Of a stretch of 64,000 nucleotides of DNA, positions 1 through 9,700 are shown piece by piece. Made by a program: the position numbers and the translations under genes. The notes under the pieces were generated by a model, which had not been told where the DNA came from, searched no databases, and worked only from the letters and a program-made list of their open reading frames with translations. The stretch lies in assembly GCA_964220215.1 (NCBI GenBank), contig CAXPTH010000007.1, forward strand, positions 1 to 64,000, read 5' to 3'. Source of the DNA: Alteromonas sp. (GTDB lineage: Bacteria > Margulisbacteria > Marinamargulisbacteria > UBA6595). Position 1 is the stretch's first letter, and each line of letters opens with the position of its first letter.

Positions 1-921
1 GAAATGGAAAAGCAGCTAAGGTATAACATGGCTTATCAGTGGTTTTGTGGGTTTAGCGCATTTGAGCAAACGCCCGATCATAGCTTTTTTAGCCGATTTC
101 GGAAACAGATTGGAACCAAGCGACTGGCTAAAGTCTTTCAAATAATCGTTGATAAAGCGAAAGATCAGCACTTGATTCGATCTGTATTTCATTTTGTAGA
201 TGCAACCAGCATTGTCACAAAAAACACAACATGGGCCGAGCGAGATGCGGCCATTCAAGCGGGTGAATCAGCATTAAATAACCGAACTGTAAAACAATAC
301 AGTGCGGATAAACAAGCCCGATTTGGCTGTAAAGGAAAGCAAAAGTTTTGGTTTGGATACAAGGGCCATGTTGGCGTCGATATGAGTTCAGGGTTAATTG
401 AAAAAGCCGCCGTTACACCGGCTAATGTGTCCGATCAAGCTGGGTTTAAGTCCATCTGCCCACGGGACGGCCAGCTAGTCTTTGGCGATAAGGCCTACTG
501 CTTGAAAGCGGCTACGGATGAAATGGCCCGTCGAGGTGTTACCTGCGGGGCTATTTTGAGGCAAAACATGAAACGAAAAATAACGATTTAGATCGATGGC
601 GTTCATCTGTTCGTGCGCCGTTTGAGGGCGTTTTTTCAAAATTTGAAAAACGTGCGCGTTATCGGGGGCATGCCAAGGTTCAATTTCAGTTCTTCATGGA
701 CGCTATTGTTCATAATGTTAAGCGGCTTGTAGCCATACACGCACCGCCCTTGTTTCAGGGCGCCTAGCGGCGCCCAACGGGTGGATTGTGCCTAAAATTG
801 GCATAATCATCCAAAAATCATCAAAATTAACCAAATTACCCCCTGCTTTTTGACAATTAGCACTTGTTTTTAAGATTTTTGAAAATTTTTCAATTTAAAT
901 CACCCGTTTCGCAACAGTCCC
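1..921 (+). mobile_element. Insertion sequence (right part); terminal repeat TTTCGCAACAGTCCC at about 907-921
   Basis: Transposase followed by a GGGACTGTTGCGAAA-type end, where an unrelated minus-strand ORF is cut off. Confidence 0.75.
4..767 (+). pseudogene. IS5/IS1182-family DDE transposase, 5' end outside the window, frameshifted near 575-581
   Basis: ORF 4-591 has WFCG..PDHS.FSRFR, VDATSI, WFGYKGH and GDKAY motifs. After a -1 shift at CGAAAAATAAC the frame continues NNDLDRWRSSVRAPFEGVFSKFEKRARYRG..HNVKRL to TAG at 765-767. Confidence 0.85.
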
Positions 922-1007
922 ATTATAAGTATAAGATAAGCTATATAGAAACCAATAGCTTCTTTCGCGTTTCTTTTGTAGCCCAAATTTGTTAGATGTT
1001 TAAACAT
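922..1007 (-). pseudogene. 5' fragment of a cassette-borne small membrane protein (MFKHLTNLGYKRNAKEAIGFYIAYLILI...) interrupted by the IS
   Basis: ATG at 1007, about 30 nt after the attC GTT; frame runs into the IS end. Confidence 0.6.
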
Positions 1008-1037
1008 ATTCTTATTGTCTATCTTTATTGAAATTTT

Positions 1038-1135
1038 GTACAACGTTTCAGTATCATCTGATGTTTGACGTAGCGTAGCGGAGGCAAATATGGGTCGAGC
1101 GAGGGCACGAGCGAGCCAGATATACTGTGTTAGGC
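1038..1135 (-). mobile_element. attC-like integron cassette recombination site
   Basis: Minus strand reads GCCTAAC-A-CAGTATATCTG...CAGATGATACTG-AAAC-GTTGTAC, an imperfect palindrome with one unpaired base; GCCTAAC complements the GTTAGGC at the cassette start (2920-2914). Confidence 0.75.
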
Positions 1136-1294
1136 GAGGGTGATTTTCTGTAGTGATAACAAAAGAAAATCAAGTGCAACGACCCCGAAGCGTATTTCCA
1201 AGTCTCTTTTATCATTTGTTCGAGTGAAAAATTTTCGTTTTGGGCGAAGGGCAGAGGGGAACTAAAGGGGTGAATGCCCGTAGCCCAAAACACC

Positions 1295-2788
1295 TTATTC
1301 TTCTTTTTTGGCTTTTGTAAGCCTGTGTTTAAACTCAGGATACGCTTTTGATAAACAGTCAAAAATACTATTCATTATTTCTCTGGCATCATCTGTCGTA
1401 CTTGGCATAAGTGGTAAATTACATGCTGGAACTCTATGATAACGGTGAAGAGGATTTATACATTTTTGATAAACAGATTCTCTTACAGCTCCCCAATTTC
1501 CATGCATAAACCCAGAAGTGTAATTGTAGAACTTATCATAAACATCTTTTAATCCAACCTCATCGCTCATTTTCCTTAAATTTGCAGAATCCCAGTGCCC
1601 TAAATTTATTGGTACAAATTCCACCCACTTATCCTCATTTGCAATATGTTCCATTTCTTTCAAGTTAGTACACTCTGGAATACTTTTCATTTCTTGCAAT
1701 TTGAGATAAATAAGTTTTGTTTGTCCTATTCCATAACTACGATAATTATCCCAAACTTTCGGTTCTTCTTTTTCTTTTTTTAGCAAATAGGTAAATGTTA
1801 TATAAGTTTCAACAAGTGCTCTTAATCCTAATCTTCCTGTAATTGATAATGATGTTCTGTGCAAAATAGTTTCAATATAAAGGGATAAGGCATACATAGT
1901 TAGGCCAAAAGCACCTTCATGACGAGAATCTATAGCTGATATTTCAGAGGTTTCAAAAAAATAATCAATGAGATTGTTTCTTAATTTTACTGTGTCATCA
2001 AAATAATGTTTCCTTGTCTCTTCCATTTCTTCTGATAACTTTTTTTGTCTACTTTGAATTTTCTCATTTACAGCCTCTTCATGTGTACATCCAGTATTAT
2101 CAAAACAATATTTCCAAAAATACTTTGCCCATGCTGAATTTTCTTCACTCTCTGAACGAGAACAAATTTCCATTGCTCTTATAGAGGGGCGACTACGCAT
2201 GTCGCCATAATTTGGATATTCTAATATACCTCTAACAGTATCCTCCATTGTTTTTGCAAATTTAATTTTTCCTCCAAGAATTTCACACAAAATTTTTATC
2301 CAACGGCAATCAGTAGCTTCTTGAGATTGATGCCAAAATGTTTTCGCAATCCCATCTCCTAGCTTATTCCAATCCTCTTTCATATTTGGCTCTTCAAGAT
2401 ACTCTTTCCAATTTTCAATAGCTGGTAAATCTGGAAATAACAATAAAGTGCGGAAAATATCATTTACATTTTTTGAAAATACACACATATGATTTATGAG
2501 AGCTTTTCTTTTTATATCTTCAAATTTGGAAATACCTGAGATAGTTATATTTGAGCAATCTGGATTTTTTTCTACAAACTTTGCAACATATCTAAAGAAA
2601 TCAAGAGCCTTATCTCTTTCCATATTCCCAATAATTAAAACTGCCCAAAGCATCTCGGGCAATCTTTCATCAAACCAAGATGAAGTTTTCATATTCAATC
2701 CATGAGCTAAAAATGGAGGGTTTAATTCCTTCCTATGTTGCTTGTGATCTTTTAATCCACTTTCATTTTTTTCAGATTCTTTAGTCAT
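1295..2788 (-). CDS. Cassette-encoded 497-aa protein with a C-terminal DUF5677-like domain
   Basis: AT-rich ORF; LRALVETYITFTYL and YNYTSGFMHGNW segments resemble DUF5677. Confidence 0.6.
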   Translation of the reverse strand: MTKESEKNESGLKDHKQHRKELNPPFLAHGLNMKTSSWFDERLPEMLWAVLIIGNMERDKALDFFRYVAKFVEKNPDCSNITISGISKFEDIKRKALINHMCVFSKNVNDIFRTLLLFPDLPAIENWKEYLEEPNMKEDWNKLGDGIAKTFWHQSQEATDCRWIKILCEILGGKIKFAKTMEDTVRGILEYPNYGDMRSRPSIRAMEICSRSESEENSAWAKYFWKYCFDNTGCTHEEAVNEKIQSRQKKLSEEMEETRKHYFDDTVKLRNNLIDYFFETSEISAIDSRHEGAFGLTMYALSLYIETILHRTSLSITGRLGLRALVETYITFTYLLKKEKEEPKVWDNYRSYGIGQTKLIYLKLQEMKSIPECTNLKEMEHIANEDKWVEFVPINLGHWDSANLRKMSDEVGLKDVYDKFYNYTSGFMHGNWGAVRESVYQKCINPLHRYHRVPACNLPLMPSTTDDAREIMNSIFDCLSKAYPEFKHRLTKAKKEE

Positions 2789-2913
2789 ATTTAACTTATA
2801 AATATAAATTGTTTTCGTAGCGATAGCGGAGAAAACTCCTTATTTCCCCTCATTAAAATTAAGAAATTTTTTCACTCGTTCCTTATTTTTAAAAAGAGAC
2901 TTGGAAATATGTC

Positions 2914-2950
2914 GCCTAACTCGTTTTTATACAATAAGTTTTTATAATTT
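2914..2950 (-). mobile_element. attI-like or cassette insertion site (…TATAAAAACTTATTGTATAAAAACGA-GTTAGGC)
   Basis: GTTRRRY core preceded by two TATAAAAAC direct repeats and no attC-type hairpin. Confidence 0.45.
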
Positions 2951-3024
2951 AAACCATAATTTGCATATTATACGAAATAATGATAAATCCAAATCATATA
3001 AAAACTACATCTATTTTAGAATTT

Positions 3025-3726
3025 TTAAAGAATATGTGCAAGCAGAGCTAACGTATTGCGTTCTTCATTATTAAAAACGGGAACCCAAACCTCTGATTCA
3101 TGGTATGCCTTCTCCATTCCATTCATATAAATTACTGTAAACGACGCTTGGCAACCAACTTCCTCAGTCTCAGCATGTATTAAATTATCCTCGATAAATG
3201 AACCGTAGTCTAGATATCTTAACCCTATACCAACTGTTTCATAACTTTCGTAATCAGACGCTGTTTCTACATAGTCTTCAAAGCTTAGATCTACACTCGG
3301 TGACACTTCGATCCCTGTTAATTTTTTCTTATCTTTTCCCACCTTAGCAAATACTTTTATAGTTGGGTTAGTTAATATCCATTCTAGTTTTTCTTGATTT
3401 TTTTTAAGAATATAAACAGAAGCTGAATGCGGAACAATTGCTTTGGGGTGGCCAAAATTTTTATGTGTCCTTGCCACAATTGTACATCTTTCACCTAACA
3501 TAATAGAATAGGGTTCTTTATAAGTAACAATGTCTGTCTTTTCACTCTTTCTTTCAACGTACTTTGTGCCCTGAATAAAAACCCCCCCAACCCACACATT
3601 ATCTGGTGATGCATTTTTGTATTGTCGTTCAAACGTATAATCATTAAAAATCACTGCCCGACACCCACTCAATAGCATTACCAAAAATAAGCCCAAACAC
3701 CCAATAATCGCTTGTCTTTTATTCAT
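3025..3726 (-). CDS. Lipoprotein, candidate immunity protein for the upstream TpsA toxin
   Basis: Start MNKRQAIIGCLGLFLVMLLSGC (lipobox) overlaps the TpsA stop; AT-rich. Confidence 0.6.
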   Translation of the reverse strand: MNKRQAIIGCLGLFLVMLLSGCRAVIFNDYTFERQYKNASPDNVWVGGVFIQGTKYVERKSEKTDIVTYKEPYSIMLGERCTIVARTHKNFGHPKAIVPHSASVYILKKNQEKLEWILTNPTIKVFAKVGKDKKKLTGIEVSPSVDLSFEDYVETASDYESYETVGIGLRYLDYGSFIEDNLIHAETEEVGCQASFTVIYMNGMEKAYHESEVWVPVFNNEERNTLALLAHIL

Positions 3727-6700
3727 TGGAGTTTTTATTACGGTAGTTACGTAAAGCTTTGATAGATTCTTTGCCACGCATCCAAATTGTTGTTTGATCA
3801 TAGGGTGAGTTACCAAATGCAATGGAAGGCAATGCATCAACAATAACATGGCCCCCTTTTCGCCACCAATTGGGATACGGATCTCGTTTTCCTTGGTAAT
3901 CATCCGGATAAGTCTTGGCTGCAAAATTATAAGACCCCATATCCGCAGCCTGCCCAGGAATATCCTTTAACAAAATATCATGGTCTCCCGTCTCCGGATT
4001 GTACCCATAAACAGCTTCATGTTTGTTGTATACATATTTTTTATTTTCAGGCGAACCAGCTTTGATAGTATATTGATGCAGAGCTGCCTCCTCTTTTGTC
4101 ATTGGGGATATAGGATTAGGATTCTTTTCGGGATCGGGATCTCTCATCTTATCAACCACTTGCGTTTTATTCAACATATTCCGTGCGTAGTGTGGCATTC
4201 CGACCACATTTCTAACTGAACGACCATAATTCCCCGGCAATTCCTTCAACTCAGACCCCATCTCACTTCGGCCGGTTTGGCTAAACACCCGATGATCCAC
4301 CGTCAAGCTCGCATCAAACGACCCGCCATCCGTTTCGGATACGGTCTCCCGAACCTGATCAACATCCCGATTCACGCCCGCCAACGCGTCCGCATTGCCA
4401 ACCTCAACCGTTCCATTTCCTATCGTGCCAGTCACACGATCCAGTCTATCATATTTCCCATAGCCCAACGACACCGTCGTCTGTCCCGTTGAATGCGACT
4501 CGCCGGCCGGTACACTAGCGCCAGACCCCACCGTCCGACCACCCAACTGCAACCTCTCCGAATCCGTCTTTAACGCCACATCCGACACCGTCAGCTGATT
4601 CGCTTTCAGCGTCAATTCACCCGTATCCGCACCAGCCGCATCCGTCGCCGCAATCACGCCACCCACCACAGCCACACCATCCGCTTCAACCACCACTGAC
4701 TCACCCGTAATACTGGATACCGTCCCCACACGCTCCGATCGATGCGTCGCATACCCCATCGACCCCCCCAACGTTCCCGTGCCAACCGTCGCCGATTGAT
4801 TCGTATGCTCCATCGTGTCCACATCCACCACACTACGGACTGTCACATCGCCACCCGCATTCACCGCCACCGTCTCACCTCGCACAACGCCACCCGCAAT
4901 TGTCAGGTCTTCCTCCGCATTAATGGCCACCGATTGGCCCGTTAACTCACTCACCACCTGCCGAAGATACCCTCGCTTAGTCTTTGAATCCGAATGCGTC
5001 AACGACCCACTCGGACCCGCTTGTCCCACACGCACCTCCCCATTCACCGCTTGCGTTTTATCCGTATGCGTATGGCTATCCGCTACCGACTCAATCTCCA
5101 CATCCTTGGCCTGTATACGCAACGCCTGTTCCGCCTTCACCGCAGACCCCTGCACACCCGCCGTACCACCACTCGCTATTGTCACAGTCTCGCCCAGTAC
5201 CGCAGACCCCCGATGCCGGATCGTTGTCGCCTCCTGTTTGCGCTCCGTTCCCGTCGTTCGCACCAAACCCTCACCATAAAATCCATACGTGCTCGCCGTA
5301 TTCGCTGCTTTTTTCGCCGCCTTCGCCACTTGAGCCGTTGCCGCCGCCACATTCGCCGCTGCAACGGCTACATTCGCTTTCGCCAACTCAATGGCTCGGT
5401 CACTCGCTTTGCCTGCCGCCCTCAGCGACTCCAACCGCTTCAATTCCTGATTCGCCTTACGCAGTTGCCGATTCGCTTCATCTATATACCCCACCGTATT
5501 GACCGCATCCACATACGCATTGCCCGCAACCGCACCCACCATCACCGTTAAATCCTGTTCGGTTTCTGTCACATCCAATCGCTCCGCTGCCGCCGTTATC
5601 GTAACATCACCGCCAGCGCTTATGTTAATATCTCCCTCTGAAACCACATCACTACCCACAATATCCACCGTGCCATCTGTCCCCGCTCCAGCCGTCATGC
5701 GAACCCCCCCAGCTCCCGCTATTACACTACCCTTCATCGTCCGCTCATCCCGAATGGTTTCATGAATGTTTTGGTTGTACTGGGTACCCGCTTCAATCTG
5801 CTCATCTTCCGTTAAGACTCCCTTCACAGACCCCATCGTCTGCTTCATCTCATAATCCCGACGATACTCGCGCTCCTCAACCGCTTCCACACGAATCGTG
5901 TCCGCAGCGACGTCCACCTGACCATTCGCCTGAATGGACGACCCCGCTACACGCAAAAAATCACCCCCCGCCACCGTCACATCCGTACCAGCATCCACAG
6001 CCGATCCTGTTTGTGTCACGGATAACGTATCCGACTCCGTAACTTTCTTATACCCAAACGCCCCGTGGCGTTTTTTGTGATCAACCGTCTGGGTTTGATT
6101 TTCAGCACTCACAATCGCTACGCCCGTTTCGGCCGTCACGTCCACCGAATCCCCAGCAATCGCACTGCCCTGCATGACCACCGACTCCCCAGCGTCCACA
6201 GCCACGGCGCCATCGGCCACTAACGCACTACCCACCACCGTTGCCGATGCCGATCCTTTGGTGTGTGATTGACCCGAGGCATGCCCCATCCCCGTTTCGG
6301 ATTTTTCAACATGCCGCTCCGCAACATCCCAATCATTCAGTATCTGAATCCCGCCATCAGCCTTTAGACTCAAATCCCCCGCACTCTGAACCGTTGAGCC
6401 TTTGATTCGTGTGTCTTTACCCGATTCTATGGTAACACCATTGCCAACGATATTGGATTGAACCGTATCCCGAGTTCGAACCGTTTCAGTTTTGCTTTTC
6501 TTGGCCCCAAAACTACCGCTTGATTCATGATGCAATTTAGAAAAAAATGTATTGGATTCGGATTCAATCGTGACCGAATCATCAGCTTTAATCGACACCG
6601 ACCCATTGGAAACCACATCACTGGCACGCACCTCAACCGTGCGCCCATGAACACTGAGATCGCCCCCAGACTGAACCGCGCTTTTCACCTGTTCCTCACG

Positions 6701-9700
6701 CGATAAGGTAAAGTCTGAATCCGCATAATTTGTTTTTTTCTGGACCGATTCAATCACCACCGCATCCGTTGCATCCAGTGTCATGGACCCGCCCGCAACC
6801 ACCGATTCCCCCCGAATCGCTATAGACTCGCCCGATAGGTTCGCATTGCCACCCACAACCATCGACCCGTGCGATACATCCTGCAACTGAAACCCATGCA
6901 CCTGACCGGCATGCTCAAGGCTGGTGATTGCCAGATCTCCGGCTGTGTCCACCGTCATGTCCCCGATAACCGCTACGTCTGAGGCCTGAATGACCACATC
7001 CCCAGCTGAGGATTGAATCATTGCCGATCCACCGCTGATAAGCTGCGTCCCCGTATGGCTGATGCTGGTTGCATGCGCCGATTCATGCGATTGCTCAACC
7101 GCACCCAGTCCAACGCCTTCATCGCCTTGAACGCTTACCGAGTCACCCCCTTGAATCACGCCCCCAGTACTGGTTATGTGCCCATCCGCACGCAGATCAA
7201 CCGACTGACCGCTGATCAATCCCCGTTGGCGAATTTCCGTATGCGTGGACGTGCCATCGGTGCTGGTATCGGTCACCACATCCACCACAAGATCCCCATT
7301 AACCGCTATGTTAACGGCTGTATCCGCCTGGATGGCGCCTGTGAGCGTTACGGTGTCCGCATCGGTGATGGCAACCGTATTGCCACGTAAACGACCCGTG
7401 TTTTGGATAGCCCCTCCCGATAGGGTTAGCCCATCCTCAGCTTGAATATCTCCAGCATTGGCTAACTGGTCAGACACGGCTAGGCCCACGGATTGCCCAA
7501 TAATTTTACCCCGATTATCAAGCCGGTCAAGGGTTGCCGATACGGTATTGCCGCCACGAATACGTCCGGTGTTGGCCACGGAAGCCCCGGTTAATTGGAC
7601 TGATTGCCCAAATACGCTCGCTGAATTATGCACATCCGATTCGAACCGAACGGATTCACCCGCAAGACGCGTCAAAAAATTAACGGGTGACGCCGATGGA
7701 TTGGCAACAAACAATTGCGGTGCCAACACCGGTTCCCCATTCACTGTTTGATACACCAACCAAATAATATCCGAATCCAACGCCGCCTGCTGATCAAGCG
7801 TCAACGCCTGCCCCACAATGAAGCCATGCTTCTGGCCTTCCAAAATAGCCGCATCGTATAAACCTCTAAGCTCGTCTGCTTCTAAGTCTTCACCGTATGC
7901 TTGCCAATACTGCTGCCGCAACTGCAGATATTCAAACACCGCATCGCCCAGCCGCTGCCCAACACCCGACCCGTATTGCGTCATAAAATAACTGGAATCA
8001 ACGGTATAAGGCCCCGCTCCACCCGCATAATCCGCATCCAGTTGATACATAAATTCGCTGCCTGGCGATGCCATCACAAACAACCGACCCACATCCAACC
8101 ACTGGCCACTCGCCGTCCCAGCGACAACGTCCCCCTGATGCACCGTCCGTTCCCGTGTTGCAGTGTGAACAATCGGGTCCTCAACCCAGCTATACAATGG
8201 GTCTGAATAGTAGGTGGGAATCCATTTGTAGTGATCTTTACAACCACGCCAAGGCCCCCATCCCCAACAATGCGTATGACTATACACCCGCACATTTTCT
8301 TTAAACCGGTGTTTGACCGTCCCCGTTTGGGCCCATCGATGCGCATCGATCGCCACCGTTTGTTCCAAGGCATGCCCCGTGTTGGTCAACGCACCCGTTA
8401 TGGTTAGAGTATTCCCAGCTTCAATTTCAGCCAGTTCATTGGTCACCGCCCCATCCAAGACCATAGCCTGCCCCGATTGAATGACCGCCGGGGTATAGGT
8501 ATCCACCCATTCAATGGCTGATGCCGTATACGTCGTGTCATCCCAAGCAACGGACATTCCCGTTGCGTCCATTGCGTCATACGTATCGGGATCTCGCCAG
8601 TCGCCATCATAATACACCCACTCACCCACTTGCAGCACCAAAGGCTCGCCCGTCTCCGCATGCACCCAATCCCCCGTTGCAGTATCGCGATAATACCGAT
8701 GGGTTGCCCCCGTGACCGTATCCGTAATATCCCGCCATTCCCGCGCCGAGTGCGGAACCTCAACCCGTTCACCCGTATCCCGACGGTGCCACGTTTGTGT
8801 GTCCGAATCGTAATCCAGCCACACCGTGGTCAACGTACCCGTATTGGTGATCCTTTCAGCCTCAATGGTCAAATCACCACCCGCCAATAAATAGCCGGTA
8901 TTGTCCACACGACCATCCGTCTCGGCGGTACCGGTTGCGGTTATGGACAGATCAGCCGCTTGGCCATCCGCATCGCTGACAAGCCCCAAAACCGTGGGAA
9001 CATCCCCAGCCAACACGACCCCATCATTGGCCACCGATTCACCCGTAATTGAAACACCCGACTGACCCACCAAGGCCCCGGTATCGGCAATTTGAATAGT
9101 CCCGTTGGCATCCAAAAACAACGAACCGGATTGCGCCAATTGCTTGGCCTGAAACCGAACCCCAACACCCCCTTCCGTACTCACCATGCGAATGGCATTG
9201 GCATACATACCCCCGAGTTGACTGCTATCAATCGCAAAGCTGGGTGCGGGACCCCCCTCGGTGGACAAGGGCGCAATCCCCGCCATCATGACCGCCGGAT
9301 CACCGGATCCCAATGCCGCATAATCAATCGCATTGCGCCCGGCCACAAGGGTGGCTTGATTCGCATAAATGGCCCCATTGAGTTTAATGCCACGCGCCAA
9401 CAACTCAACGCTATCCACATTGGCGTCAACGGGCAGGGCAAGGAGCCCCCCGGGTCCAACAGTAATCGTACCACCCGCTACATGAATGGCATCCAATTGC
9501 CCCTGATTGAGAATCGGTTGCCCCGTGGTTAGCGTGACACGCGGCGCATTGTAAAACCCACCGCCATTCACATAAATACCATTGGGGTTGGCCACCATAA
9601 AATTGGCCCGTTGACCATAAATTTCTGTAGGCCCTTCCAGCACCGTCTGACCGGTTCCCGTAATTTGAAATAAAATGGTCGTGGCGGCGCCATTGGCATT

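Noticed and set aside
1054..1362. 102-aa minus-strand ORF
   Set aside because: Overlaps the cassette gene end, the inverted repeat and attC; no recognisable protein features
3727..3924. N-terminal extension of the 299-aa ORF
   Set aside because: Lies inside the TpsA gene; the lipoprotein signal starts at 3726
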